Assembly (NCBI RefSeq): GCF_009914755.1 | Contig: NC_060930.1 | Length of the DNA: 64,000 nucleotides | Source of the DNA: the human T2T-CHM13v2.0 reference genome, Homo sapiens | Direction: 5' to 3' (one strand) | Shown: positions 14,111-30,517 of the stretch, piece after piece | How the letters are laid out: each line of letters starts with the position of its first letter | Numbering within the stretch: position 1 is the first letter of the stretch | Position numbers and translations under genes: made by a program | Notes under the pieces: generated by a model | Told to the model about the DNA's origin: nothing | Seen by the model: the letters and a program-made list of their open reading frames with translations, nothing else | Databases searched by the model: none

Positions 14111-14739
14111 GACTAATATGTGATAAACTAGAACACTTACTATGTTTTTCCATATTTTCACAAATGTAGCCTAAAGTTAAGTTAGTTTGAATAGAAAAAT
14201 AAACTAATATTATTATACTATGCCTTCATATTAAAGCTTTTTGTAGCTTAAAAAATATATATACACACATATATATACAAAATATATATACACAAAAAAT
14301 ATATATATACACATATATATGTGTGTGTATATATATAGTGTGTGTAGTGTGGTAGAGGAGCAGAAGGCTAAAAATTATGCATTTTTCCATTCTTTAAAAT
14401 ACCTTGAATTTATAGCTCATGTTAATGAGTGGTTTTCCCTAGAACCCCAATTACTATTTAGAAGCTTTCTCCTTTTTGTTTATGTTTTTGTTGTGCAATT
14501 TTTCACCCTTATTTCCTGCAGTACTTGGGATTCATGCTATCTTTTATGTCGATGTTCAGATTTGCTTAAAAACCTGACAACCAAAGTATTAAATTAAGCT
14601 TTTAAGCAATTCAAAGAAAATTTCACATGAGGCTTCCAACTACTTGTCCAAATTTTTAAAATAATAATCAAATATGTTAATGTGAAAGTTTCTTTGACAT
14701 AATAAATTGAATCTAGTTCTCTGCAACTATATCTAAATA

Positions 14740-15951
14740 TAGTCTTGTGCTATATAACAACTTTTCAATCAAAGAAGAACCACATATGAAACAGTGGTCT
14801 CATAAGATTATAATAAAACAAAAATTTATTGCTGCCTAGTGACATCATAGCCATCATAATGTAATAATGCAATGCGTTACTCATGTGTTTGTGGTGATGC
14901 TGGTATTAACAAACCAACTGTGCTGCTAGTGATATGAAAGTACAGCTCATACAATTATGTATACTACATAATACTTGCTAATGATAATCAACAGTCATGT
15001 TACTGGTTTATGTACATCATTATATTACACTTTATATCTTTATTTTACAGTGTACTGCTTCTATTTATTAAAAAAGCTAAACCCACCACGTGTTAACTTA
15101 AAGCAGCCTCAGACAGGTACTTCAGGAGGTATTCCAAAAGAATATGTTGTTATCCTGGAAGATGACAGTTCCATGTGTGTCACTGTCCCTGCAGACCTTC
15201 CAGTGGGACAAGATGTGAAGGTAGGAGACAGTGATATTGGTGACCCTGACCCTGTGTAAGCTTAGGCTAATGTGTGTGCTTCTTTCTTAGTTTTTAACAA
15301 AAAGTTTTAAAAGTAAAACTAAATAGATCATCTTTAAAATAAATAAAGGCTTACAGAATGATAGAAAGAAAAATGTATTTTTGAACAAAGGTACATGCAT
15401 TTGTGTTTTAAGCTAAGCATTATTACAAAAGAGTCGTAAAGTTAAAAAATAGTTTAAAAAGTAAGAAAGTTAAAGTAAGCTAAGAAAGAAACAAATATTT
15501 GTAATACACATATTGTAGCCTAAGTGTATAATGCTTACAAAGTCTACATTAGTGTCCACTAATGTCCTAGGCCTTCACATTCCCTCCCCACTCAGTCACT
15601 GACTCACCCAGAGCAACTACCGATCCTGCAAGATCTATTTGCGGTAAATGATCTATACACGCATAACATTTTTTTATTTTTTATATCACACTTTTATTGT
15701 GCATTTCTATGTTTAGGTATGGTTAGATACACAAATACTATTATGTTATGATTGCCTACAGTATTTAGTATAGTAACATGCTATACAGGTTTGTAGACTA
15801 GGGGCAATAGGCTATATACCATGTAGCCTAGGTGTGTAGTAGGTATACCATCTAGGTTTGTGTAAGTACACTACAATGTTTTCACAACAATGAAATTGCC
15901 TAAAGATGCATTTCTCAGAAAGTATCCCTGTCCGTAAACAATTCATGACTG
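14740..15951 (+). mobile_element. Tigger3b (MER7B) DNA transposon, near full length
   Basis: ~1.2 kb, TA-flanked, ends CATGACTG; internal CAGCCTCAGACAGGTACTTCAGGAGGTATTCCA..GACCTTCCAGTGGGACAAGATGTG; ends homologous to 8778-9145. Confidence 0.88.
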
Positions 15952-16166
15952 TAGACAGTAACATAATAAACTCTGTATCTATATGCACTGCTATTTCAAA
16001 TAAATTATTCTAAAGTGATTTTACCTCATGAACTCAATATACAATTGGAATCTAAATATATCACAATGATTCTTTATGCTTTGATGAATACTAGCTTTAG
16101 AAATCTGTCAAAGAAGCTTGGGCCTAATGACCGGACTCATAGTATACTTTTTGACAAGTGATTACA

Positions 16167-16900
16167 ATTCATTCATTGAATTATTTATTAAACAAATATT
16201 CATTAAACAAAAATTATACTAGTCATTGGGGTAGATGTTGAAGACACAGTACTAGCCTTCAAGATCCTCAGTCAAATTTGGGGCAGTGGGATGGAGCATA
16301 GACTGTTCTCACAGGCAGAGATTAATGCCACAGTAGAAGTATATCTAGTATGAGTTGAGGGCCAGAGAAGGAATTTTGGGAGAGATGATCATAAAGCTGA
16401 ATATCTAGTAGAATTAATTTAGAAACTCATCAGTAAAGAATGAGATGGGCATTTGTGGCAACAGAGAGAAAAATAAAGCATGAAGGACATGGTGGTGGTG
16501 TGTGTAACGCAGAAGAGTGGCACAGAGGCTGAGGATGTAGGCACCATCCTTGTATGTCATACTAAAGAGTGGGTTTATTCCAAGGCTATAAGGGAGTCAT
16601 CACAAAATCTACATAATGTGTTTGGTGTAAAAAGATCTGTTTTAGAAAGATCAATAAGTAAAACGTGTGCAGAACAGATTGAAGACAAACAGGGAGAAGA
16701 AAGAATGAGGTATGAAAACAAGGCGTTCTTAGTGGGACAGTAGAGAAGGGCTGTTTCAGGATATTAGTATGAGAAGATGGTGGGAACTTATTAAAAGATG
16801 GGAGGGGTGCAGAGAGACAAGAGCCTGGCTTCATTTCTGAGTGTGTGTGTGTGTGTGTGTGTGCCTGGATAGAGAAATAAAGATGGAAAGCAGTTTGTAG
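16167..16900 (-). mobile_element. Degraded L2 fragment
   Basis: ATTCATTCATT (reverse L2 tail) followed by purine-rich L2-like sequence. Confidence 0.5.
16841..16863. repeat. (GT)11 microsatellite
   Basis: Direct reading. Confidence 0.95.
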
Positions 16901-16920
16901 GGTACAGGTGGTGACTTAAA

Positions 16921-17026
16921 ATTTTACAGAAGTGCACACGGACACTTTAAAATGAGAGAAACACTTATGTATATATGCTTTTTGTGGAAAGATGCCCTTC
17001 TTAAAATATAACCACGGCCTCATTTA
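16921..17026 (+). repeat. Copy 1 of a dispersed ~105 bp direct repeat
   Basis: ATTTTACAGAAGTGCACACG..TTTAAAATGAGA..TTATGTATATA..GGCCTCATTTA, matching 18561-18672. Confidence 0.85.
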
Positions 17027-18560
17027 AAAAACAAATTCATTGTATAATGACTAAGGGACTTTCAAGGGGAGATATACAATGGATAGTTAGAAAAAGAAGT
17101 GACTACTGCCAGAAAGAACTTTGGTTTATTTTTAGTTTTAGAAACTTCACAGCTAAGTAGAAATGGTAAGAAATTTTGTTTGTTTTTGTTTTGATTAACT
17201 TAATAAATATAGAAAATACATTCAGAAAATTAAGGGTCCAGTATACATCCTCAGTCATGAACTACTTGATCGAAAGTTGATACTACGTCTATAACATTTT
17301 TATGAAGACACAAAACTAACCACTTGTCAGATATTATGCTCTTTTTGATACTATTAAGCTACCTCATATGGTAGATAATAAAACATTTCTAACTTTATGT
17401 TTGCTGGTGGAATAAAAAATGTTCTACTAAAGATATGCAAACAGTATATTGAGAATAATTTTGGCTATAGAAATGAGTCAGTGACATGATTGCCGGATTT
17501 AATGTCAATTAGATTTAGTAAATGTTCCATTTACCTAGATAACAGAATTGCATTATCAAATCTTCAAATGTTAGTTGGATCATAAAATATTTTCTCCATG
17601 GCATGTAGTCTCGGATTTGAGAATAATATGAGTATGTGGTGAAAGCAGACTCAATGTTTAGAGTAATCTCCTAACCTGTGATTCATTCCTATGTAATATA
17701 ATCCATATTAATTACTATTTTGCCACTCTACATGCAGGTGCCCATGCATTTCAGTGAACCTTGTTTGCTATAATATTAATCTCAACACAAATATATCACC
17801 CTCCTTGAATTGCATCAGTAACATGAACTTTATATAATAGCTTTTTAGTAATATAAGTATAGTATAGCTTTATAGTAATTTCTTTATTTAACTAATAATA
17901 TAAAATTAATACTAATAAAATTTTTTATTAGTTCATGAAAAATTTTGTAAAAGTTAAAAATATGCAGCCACAAAAATAACCCATTAAATTACTATTCCTA
18001 CAGAAGTTACCAAACTATTCTAAAAATATTTTAATAAAATTTACTTAAAATTCTTTATAAGTATCTCCACTATTTGTAAAGGCAAATAAAGTCTTTGGTT
18101 AAAAAAGCACTTTGACCCTAAAAGAGAAAAGTACTGAATCCTTATTTTTAAAGGCCAACTAAAAGTTACTGAGAAAAATCTTAAAGAGCATGTTATTCTT
18201 TGAAAATCAACTTGGCACAATCTCTAACAAACTACAAAGTTGATGCAAAGTAAGAATACTGCAAATTCAACATTAATGAAATTACTCTATAATTAATGTT
18301 ATCAGTTCTACCCAGAGTGTAACCTGTTAACCTTACTTTTAGGATTTATATTTTTATTTTGCAGTCACTCAAATTACAGCTTTTTTATTTATATTTTGTT
18401 TTATAATTCCTGATACTTGAATTATCAGTAATGTTGAGAGATTTTAGAAGTTTTTTTTTTATATTTTATGATGATAAATTTGGTAAAGCTTTCTTTTGAG
18501 GCTGGTATTTTCAGGGGATAGATTGTTTTTATGAGAGACTAAATATTTGGTCTCAGAGTA

Positions 18561-18672
18561 ATTTTATAGAAGTGCACATATACACCTTTTAAAATGAGAT
18601 AAACAGTTATGTATATACATCCTTTTGTATAGAATAATGTCCTTCCTTAGATATAATCATGGCCTTATTTAA
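18561..18672 (+). repeat. Copy 2 of a dispersed ~105 bp direct repeat
   Basis: ATTTTATAGAAGTGCACATA..TTTAAAATGAGA..TTATGTATATA..GGCCTTATTTA. Confidence 0.85.
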
Positions 18673-19221
18673 GATACTTTACAAATCAAAATTAGTCTTT
18701 GATATAACTGAATTACTTATTTTTTGATAGTGTGGTATGAATTGATTATATCAATCAACTATATTTTGAAACACAATTCTTTTAAAGTGCTTAAAAATGT
18801 TTAAGTACACTGTATGAACATTTTGTAATTAATTAAGAATTTTTTGAATGGAAAGATTAAAACGTTCATAAACATTTTAAAAAACAAAAATATATGTTCA
18901 GGTCTTGTACTAGTAGATGCAGTTGTGTCTGTTCCCAGAAAGATAATAGTTCTTTTTTATAAATACTAGTATTTTGGTTGCTTTTCTTTTTTGTTCTCAA
19001 AAAGAGAGAAACAAACGAATTGCCGTTCTGAACACACAATCAGAAAATAAGTGGAGGCTGAGAATATCTGAGGAAATACAGCAACTTTATTAGAATTTTC
19101 AAGGGATGCTAAAGAACAAAAATAAAGAAATAAGTGCTTTTGCTCACATAAACAGGCTTTCCAAGGCTTTGCACAGCGATCTCTTCTCTTCTTAATTCAA
19201 AATAGTAGGATGAATAAGTAA

Positions 19222-21063
<1,842 letters not shown>

Positions 21064-22321
21064 GAGAAAATGAAAAAACATGCAAGGAAACAAACAAGAC
21101 CCCCTTAGCAAGGTTAAAATGATATTTTGTATTAAGAAAAGACTATGTTATACATACATTCAAGTTTCAAAAACAAGTTCTATTATCAATTATAATCCAG
21201 AGAAAAACATCTTTATATTTTGAATGATTACTTGGTGTGAAATTAAGAAGAAAACCTTAGAAAGAGAGATACTTCAAAAAGCGCATTTATTGCATTAGAA
21301 ACTTGAACACAAATATACTATTAGGAAGCCAATAATACATACCATTTTTTCTCTAAAACTCTCATTCACTCTTGCTATGTTTATTATTGAAATTAATTTT
21401 AAAATTAATATTATATTTTCAGTTCATCTTCTATGTTCTCTCATTAGCGGAATGAGAAAAAAATTCTAATTTTAACTGGGCCTTTAAACATTATTGATAT
21501 CATTTTAATTATTATATATTAAAAACATAAACTCAGCTTCTCCTAATTTAGTAACTTCATGCAAATAAGCATGGTTTGGCAGTATAAAAATCAAGAGACC
21601 AAATGCCTCTGCTGTTTCCTTGGCAATACTTACAAGTAAGAATGAAGTGTATTGTGATTTTGTTTGTCTGTGCAGGGACCATAAAGATTAAGACTAATAA
21701 ATAATTTTAATAATATATATGATGATAGGTTAAAAGAAAGAGCCACAGCATGACATGGTCAGATTTAGATAAAGCATGACTGCCCAATTATATAGATTTG
21801 TACTTTCTGTTTTATACCTACTAAGTAGAAAAGAAGCACCTTAAATTTATTTGCTAAGATATTTCCCAGGGCAAATATAATTTGGTAAAAATAGAGACCT
21901 GGGAATTTCTTCTTATCTTTGGATGATGGGATTTAAAATTACAGATTATTCAAGATGAGTAACACTTTTTGATTCTTCTTTTAATTCCCAATTTTGGCCA
22001 CAAGGGCCAGAGTTAGACTTGTAAGTAATATTTCTTAACTGAGGCAGCTAACCACTGGCAACTACCAGTTATTTCCTTTGTCATCATATTTTCTCCATGA
22101 ACATTCCAGTCTTCATCCTCAGTCCCCTAAATTTTCACCTAGGATGTCAATGCCATCTGTGCAGCTTTTAAGAGTTCTCAAATCTCCATCTACCTCTCCA
22201 GTTTACCCCTAGACTTAAGCATTATGTGAAACCTCTGGAAACAGGCTCAGCTTTCTAAGAATCTACATTTTGCCTTCTTGCAGTCCAAACAAAGAATGCT
22301 AGACTAATAAAGAGTTGCTAT

Positions 22322-22494
22322 GGCTGGCATGCTGGGCTCATGCCTGTAATTCAGCTACATGGGAGGCTGAGATAGAAGGATTGCTTTAGCCAAGGAGTTA
22401 GAGGCTGTAGTGAGCTATGATCATGTGCTGCACTCCACCAGCCTGGGCAACAGAGTAACATCCCAACTCCAAAAAAAAAAAAAAAAAAAAAAAA
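22322..22494 (+). mobile_element. Alu monomer (FRAM/FAM-like) with A tail
   Basis: Single arm GGCTCATGCCTGTAAT..GAGGCTGTAGTGAGCTATGATC..CAGCCTGGGCAACAGAG followed by 24 A. Confidence 0.85.
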
Positions 22495-23299
22495 GGAAAT
22501 GAGTTTCTTTGACTACAGACTTGGCTCTGTACAAGCCATGAAAGTTTGTGGAGACCATGATATAATGCCCACCATTCCTTGGGCCCTTTAACTTTAACTA
22601 TCAAATGTATTATCTTACTCTGGAAATAACATAAGAGTAACTATCTGACAAAAGCATCGATTTCTAGGCAGTTTTCAAACCTCTGTATCTTTTCACTTAC
22701 TCTGGACTGGTTCACATTTGGACATGTGCCCTTGTACCGGTCCTTGTCAATGAAGTCTACATCTTGGCTTTTATGTTTGTTTTGTGGCCTCCCACTTGGT
22801 AATTCTTTGGAAGCCCTTTTGACTTCTGAGATTTGGTCTTACCTTTTGGCTTTTGATTTAGCTTGATTTTCTGGTTTTGGTGTCTTCTGCTACCTGCAAT
22901 GATAAACTATCAACGCAAACGATAGCTCATATGCATCCCAACTAACTAGCCCCCATCCCCACAACCAGCCCTAATTTATTTTATTCTTCCTTGGGGTTTG
23001 ACATTTATTATACACAACATTTGGGTGTTCAGATAGAAAAATCCTTCTCATCCTGTATTTACATGACATATCTGTTGTCCTTTATACACATTCAAAACTA
23101 TTGCTACTGCATCTGGCATGGTACTTTGAGAAACCTTCTTGCTGCAATATAAATAGATCCTGGAAGGACATATGTTTTAAGAAACAAAGATAGGAAAAGA
23201 TTGCAAGAACACAAGGCAGTGTAAGATGGGGGGAAAAATCACAGGAGTAGGTGATTCATGGAAGAAAAAAACGTGATTTTAAAGTAAATATATGTAAAT

Positions 23300-24070
23300 A
23301 GTATCAACATAATTAATTATTCATGAGAATTGTTAATTTAAACTGCAGTGGATATCATTTTATTTACCCTAGATTTTCAACTATCAAGAAGCCTGATAAT
23401 ATCCAATAGTGTAGAAAGTGTGAATTAAAGAATCTGGTGAGAGTGTAGAAATAGTTATTATTAAATTAATATTCACATATTCATAGATTAAGCATTTTTA
23501 TCATCAATTATGTGCCATAAAGAAACTTTCACGTTTGTTCCAGGATATATAGAAACCAATGTCAATAGCAACAATTTATGTGATAGCAAAAATCTAGAAA
23601 CAACCAAAATTAACATTGACAAGGACTGAACAAGTAATAGTGGTATAAACAAACAACAGGCGATTTTACAGAAGTTAAAACTGTAAATAAGCTAAAACTA
23701 CTTGAAGCGATGGGCATAAATCTTAAACTAGCATTGACTGATCAAAGCAATTGCTATAAGACTACCTATGGTAAGATATATTTTAATGGAGATCAGAAGT
23801 TAAATAATATTATACTATTAGGTATGCACTTACATATTATAAATTTATAAGAATTACAGGTATAATAAATACACAATTTGGGATAATATCATCTTATCAT
23901 CCTCTGTGGTAGAGGTAAAGACTGATATGGGAAGAATACACAGGTAGAAGACAATTACTTGGTAATTTTTTGGGGGGAAGGGTTTGGCAGTAAGTTGTTG
24001 GGAATTCACAATATTATTATTATTGATAACATTGTATACATGTTACATAAATGTCTTAAATATCAAGTTA
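23300..24070 (+). mobile_element. Ancient L1ME-type 3' fragment
   Basis: Degenerate L1 3' motifs CTGGTGAGAGTGTAGAA, ATAGCAAAAATCTAGAAACAACCAAAAT. Confidence 0.55.
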
Positions 24071-25829
24071 AATGTATAAGGGAATATATTTATACTTATT
24101 TTTAATACATGTGCCCATCCTTAAAATATTAGAAATTTACTTTGCCTATTTTCATATGAGAAATTCTCTACTTTTATTTATGCTTATGAAGTAAGCTTAT
24201 CCTTCAAGGAATGAAGATACTAGCTGTAAAATAGATGAAAAAAAAGTACATACTAATTCAACAGGCTTTATCTTGGGGATTTTGAATAATCACCTTTTAA
24301 TTTTTATCCATTTTTAGTTCTGTTAGCTAAAAGTCTGTAATGCCTCATGCCTCACTAAACTATTAACGAAGGTAAATATAACCATACTGTTAGTAAAACA
24401 GCAGATGTAGCCCATTCAAAAAAAATCCATTGTGAGCTCTTCTTTTAAACTTTAGATATATTTAACAAGACAGATTTCATTTTATGTTTGCTTCGGAGTG
24501 AGCCCTTTGCTGTCAATATGACAAAATCAAGTAAAATGCTGGATAGTTGAGAGCTGAATCATTTATCTTCTACTGCATATCAAGAAACTTTAAAAAAAGT
24601 CTATAAATTGTGACAAGGTCTTTAAATACTTATAACTGACCAATGGGTAGAATATAAAAAAAGTGAAGTATTTTGTTCAATAGCACCAAAAGAACTCAAG
24701 TGATTGAACAGTTAGTGAATACTTGATCGGTCATACGATATTCATTGTCACTTTTTAAGAGCCTCTTAGATTTTTAGAAAAGAATCCATATGAGCTCTTG
24801 TCATTGAGCAAATTACAAGAGGATCCATATCACAATGATTGCCACTAGACGTACTTACAAATAAGCCCTATTATGAGCACGTCACCACTCAAGAATGTAT
24901 GCTGTGCAACACATTTCCTTCCCCCTCTTTCATTTAGTATCTTTGTGAATGAACAGCATAAAGAACTGGAAAACAACTCATGTTTCAAAATTAAAAACAC
25001 TCAAACCAAAATAACAACAACAAAAAAATAAATCCCGTGAACCTTGTCTTAAATAAATCTTAACCCTATATCCAAAAGATTGTGTCTCCCATTCTCTGAG
25101 TTCTCTTAAAGTTGCTGCCGTATGCATGTTATGATCTTTTGACATTTCTCTTTCTTATGACTTTGGTGATCAGTTACTCCATCATCGCTTTTTTGGAGGG
25201 GTCTTAGACATACTATGGAAGTCTGTCTATTTCTTATACTTTTTCCTTAATCTCAGAATTGTGCCCTACTAATTGGGCAACTGGGGCAAGTAAATATAAC
25301 CTTTCTCCATGAACTTCCACCCTTTCCTCAAAGCAACTTTTCCACAGGTCAAGGGTAAGTGACTGAAGGCAACTAGAAGATGAAGCAGTCTTGCCCTGCA
25401 TCCTTACACCAGCACTAATGGACTTTTGCTGTAACAGGAGTGTGATGGATGACCTCTGCTCATCAGAGGGGTTGACACACTCTTATTTTCCTATGCTTAA
25501 ACAAACACAAATATTCTGCTAGGAAATACATAGATTTACCTTTTGACTCTTAATTTTCATGAAGTTAAAATGAGAAAAAGTAAAATCAAGAGAGGCCCCA
25601 GAGGACTCAAAGTGAAACTAGAAGTTTCTGGCTGCTGTGATGTAAACAAAGGCAGGAAGAGAAGACCCTGAATGCTGATCCCATGAACCCCTTTCTCTTA
25701 AGCCTGGGGCTTTTCCTAACAATCCAAATCACCCAGCTGCTCCAGTCTAATTCTCACACCAGAGTCAGCTCTTGGGCCACTAGGCCTGCTGAGAAAAGAA
25801 CAATCTACTGGCATAGTTTGCCTTATAAT

Positions 25830-26085
25830 AGGGGTCAAAAGGCCTTTTCTGTAGAAGACATATGGTTTTTGTCACAACCAATTAATTTCATCATGGTAGT
25901 GGGAAAGCAGCAGTAGACAGACCTAAATGAAGGTGTGTGGCTGTGTTCAAATAAAACTTTATTTGAGAGCACAAATGTGAATTTCGTATAATTTTTACCT
26001 GTCACAAAATTATTTTGATCTTTTTTCAATTAAAAATCTAAAAACTCGTTAGCTTTCAGGCACACAAGAATAGGCAGCGGACTTG
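25830..26085 (+). mobile_element. MER58 (MER58B-like) hAT-Charlie element
   Basis: AGGGGTC..TTTTCTGTA..AAAGCAGCAGTAGACA..GTGTGGCTGTGTTCAAATAAAACTTTATTT. Confidence 0.75.
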
Positions 26086-27544
26086 TTTTACAGCATTATG
26101 GGTACCTTTACTGTCAATGACAGTTGAGAAATATAGTAATGTATTCATCTTAAAGCAAGATGGCATCATTATCATAATCTAAAATAAAGCAAAGTAAATT
26201 TACTCTTTTGCATATTCGTACTTGCATATCGTGGTCTTCCACCAAACATGGATGGTTTTTTGAAAATTATTGTATTTGCTTGCTACCACTCAACTAAAAT
26301 GGAAAATTTATAAAGTACTCTTTAGAAAAAAAGAAAAAGAAAGAAACCAGCAACTTTCTCTCAGATTTAAGGGTGATGTATTTTGCCTTATAAATATCCT
26401 TAACTAATGCTCAGCCATGGATGATGCACAGGTGTGGTGACTAGCCATAGCTTCAGAGAATTTAAATAATTTTCTATCTACATTATAAATCTGGTCACTT
26501 GTTTTAGAAGCACATACCAAATAAATCTCAGAATTAATGTGCTACATCTACATTCAGAAATCCAATTTCTTAGAGATACCTCTGAATAACTAAGTAATGG
26601 GCAATGTGTTGCATAATTATGGCACTGCTGAGTCTTGGTAAGGATTCCCCTTGTTAATATTCAGCTGCCTTCAAGGAAGTCACTGGATATCAGTAATTAT
26701 CTGTCTGTTCATAGCTCTGCCTTAACAATACCCCTGTTAAGATTTTCCTGCATATATTTTCTTAATTTTTGACTTTTATAATTCCCATATATGGATCAGT
26801 AATTTGAATATTACTCACTACATTCAGATATTCCAGTGGCCCCTTGTGCCAAACTCTAATTTTCAGGTACATTAGTGGGCATGATTTCATAAAGCTTTCC
26901 AAAGATGCCATGTTTGATTTAGAAGCAATTTGTTTTCTTCAGTCTTTCCCGAGTGCCCTTACTCCTTCCTTTTGCCTTGCTTCTTTCTAATTGTATTTTG
27001 TCACACAATATAACTACAATTAATATGCATTCTCTCCCTCTAATGTCTCTGCCATCAAAGTGAATTTTTTTAGCCTATAGCATATTTGCATTTTCACATG
27101 AAAATGTGCATCATCTCAGTAAGCTATGCCTCCCGGTGAACGCAATTATTCCCACTGCGTAAAGCAAAATGGGCCAGTACATCCCTCATGAAATGGGCAA
27201 CATATGGGTACTACCATCAACACAGCTGGAACATCTGTTTATAAATGTATGCTGTGTGTGCATCACTTTAGTTGCACATACTTACATGAGGCTGAGAGGA
27301 TGTGAAAACAGAAGTAAGGCTTATAGATAAGGAAGCAAAGAAATAGGGGAGTACATCTGAGAAATGTGTTTTCCCAGTGACAGCACCAGCTCTGTTCTGC
27401 TTTCTTGGTAGAACAGAGCTAACCATAATTACTCATTTACAATTTTCTTGACCTCATAACTTAAAAAAAATCCCATGAATGAATTGGAAAGAGTTAAGAA
27501 AATATTAATCTTTGTTTCATCCTGCATCCATCATCTAGAAACTT

Positions 27545-27760
27545 AATAATAATTGGAACAATGACAATATAACACCAACTATAGATACATGTGCTCAGTC
27601 CTGTACTAAAATATTTTCATGGATCATATTATATAATATTCTAAAAACACCACATAATAAGTCCTGTTTATAGATGAGCAAACAGAGACACCAGTGAGTT
27701 AAACTTCACAGTTGTAAGAGGCAAGACCAGAAAATGAATGCACATTATTTGACTTCTACT
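27545..27760 (-). mobile_element. MIR fragment
   Basis: TTTATAGATGAGCAAACAGAGAC..GTTAA MIR core. Confidence 0.55.
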
Positions 27761-29759
27761 CTTCTCATCCCCTATTTGTTTAAGAGCACTTACAAAGATC
27801 CTCATATAATTTCATGTATGTGACATACAAATATATTTATTATTTATTTTTCTCCTGTTCCTGAACAATATCACAGAATAAATAAATATAATTATGATAT
27901 GTAGATTTCTATTTGTGTAGTTTCTTTTCATTAGTGATAACATCTCAAGGGATTTGGAGGTGTGCTAGGAAATAATACTAATATATTCTCTTTTCAAAGT
28001 ACCTGGCAAGGAAGCAGAAATACTAGGGATAAGGTAGAATGGAAGTGAAACAAACAGACAGGATAAATAGGAAAAATAATAGCTATCTCTTTCTCCAATA
28101 TTAGTAAATGGCAACTAAAAGGTGAATCTTCTCAGTTCTGGCAAGAAAAATAGCACTTTCCCCTGAAGGAAGACCCTGGAATTATGCACTTGTTGTCATA
28201 AAGACATAAATGATATAAGGAAAAAGAGTAAATAAATCTGCAAAATATTTAAAATTTTAGTTCAGTCTAACAGTTTGCGTGAAAAATTCAGTAGACATTA
28301 AGCATGTACTCTGAACTATTAGAACTAATTTTATTTTAAATAATTTTATGAACATTATTGACCAGTTATTTTAACAAGGCACTGCTGGGTCTCAGAATAT
28401 TTCCTTTGGATATATCAGTAAGTACACATTAGATTTAGAGTTGAGATTTGCAACCTTTTCTCTTGTCCCTGTGTTTTAATTATAAGCCAATAATTAATTA
28501 AAAGCAGAATCAAACAAACAAAAAGCAGAAGGGGAAATACAAAATAGTGACATTAATTTAAGAGAAAAATGGCCTTCACAGAATCAAAAAGTAAATGGAA
28601 GGCTCTTATCTGCAAGAATTATATTATAGTGAATTTATTAGTATCTGCTGTGACCTGGATCTCCAGTAAATACTGATAAGTTTGCAACAGAAATAAGAAA
28701 AGCAGTTAGAGTCCTAAGGAAAATTAGTCTATGTGTACATTCAAGTCCTGTATGTCACAAAAAACATCCCAATGCTATATGTTGAAGAAAACATGTACAG
28801 TTTTACAAATGACAAAGAATTGAAAACAGGAAAAGATGACCATGGAGTATCATAAACTAAAGTGGTCTTTGACTGTGTATTGATGAAATTATGGGATACA
28901 ACTTGAAATACATATTAGAGCATTTCTGATGAGGAAATTAACAAAGAGACACAGGACTGAAGATGGCTTGATTCATATGGAGGACATGAATAAAGAAAGT
29001 TAGTAAAATTAAGGTGGTACTCTGGAATGCCCTAATCTTATATGAAAAAAATCAAATGCTTTTTTTCCCCCCCAGAGGAATAATAAAACCTCAAAGTGAA
29101 TTTCCTATAAAAGATTATGTGAAAATCTTTTGGAAACATCAGTCCATTAGGAAAGTGCAAGATCAGCAATAACATGCAAGAAGCAAAGCAGTTGGGAGCA
29201 AAGTAGACAGAGTAGAAGGCTATGAAGAAGTTTGTGTGACATATGGGAAGAGTGACTGAAAAATCAAAAGAAATGGTAGAATTTTATGAAGGATAAACTT
29301 TATGAAGAAAAAAAAATTAACCCCAATATTTAGAGATTCGGGGACCAAGAAGGTTCTAGTACTAGTGATAAATAAAAATATCCTGGCTAGAAAGACTATT
29401 CCACCATAAGCAAGATAAATTTTCTTTTAGACAGTTTGATTTGTTAGAGATGACAAATAAATAAATATAGCTGTCATCTATAGATAGGAGAATTTAAAGG
29501 TTTTAGAGATCATATTGACACAGAGGAGACTGAAGGGAAATGATAAGCTTTCCAAAGCAGCAAGTAAAGAAAAAGAACAGATGTTCAAGGTATGAACTAG
29601 TGAAGGACAGAAACTGAATGATCAGAGGAGAAACCTTGAAGTACACTCCAGTTAATAACAAGGGAACAAATATTTCAACAATGAAAGGGTAATCTACCAG
29701 TACTAACTAAACAGAATCAGAAGAGGAAAATAATTGAATCAAGATTTCAATGTATCAAT

Positions 29760-29960
29760 GGCTAAGAGATCAAGCTGTAATGGCAAATAATCCAGACTCA
29801 AACATTTTTAACTATGTACTTATGGACAAATGATTTAACTTATTTGTCCTTCATTTCCTTTATCAAACATCACCTATAGAATAAGGATAATATTATTATC
29901 TCACTCATAGTGTCAATATGAGTATTAAATGAGCTAACCCATGCAACGTAAATAACAAGA
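29760..29960 (+). mobile_element. MIR fragment
   Basis: GGACAAATGATTTAACTT..CCTTCATTTCCTTTATC..TATCTCACTCATAG..ATTAAATGAGCTAA. Confidence 0.55.
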
Positions 29961-30517
29961 TTCTTCATAACAGTAATCGTGAAATAACACGTCTCTTTCT
30001 ATGCACATGTGGGTGTTTTAAAATTACATATAAAGGTTGTATGTAATTAATACTACAAAATTTATATGTTTATGTATGCATTACGTGTATGTATTTGATT
30101 ATAATATACATACATTTTATGCATATATTATAATTATGTGTATATAGTTTATATTCTTGAGTTTGTGTGTGTGTGAAGCTGATGCAGATGAAAATATTAT
30201 AATCCCAATTAAGTATTACTCTTCCCCAAAAAGTGGAATAGACATTTTAAAATACACATATATAATCATATCCAAAGTTTCAAAATTATAACTTGTCAAA
30301 TTTTAGTTTTGATATACTTGCTGCTGGCAAGAAGTGGTGTTAGGGAATAATGACTATATTTGCTTTCGCAAAAACTTGTGAATCAGGCATAGCTTCCTTA
30401 AGCTCAGTTGTTTCTCAAAGAGAGAGAATTCCCAGATCAAAATGATGTTTTATTACAGGTATACATTGTGGAATGATCAAAGCAGGCAGGTTCCTATATC
30501 TATCACCCCATATATTT

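Noticed and set aside
14254-14340. Apparent hairpin symmetry in TA/CA/TG runs (also 46280-46380)
   Set aside because: Expected self-complementarity of low-complexity dinucleotide repeats.
28700-29750. Purine-rich stretch resembling a very old LINE or coding remnant
   Set aside because: No ORF or motif I could assign to a family.
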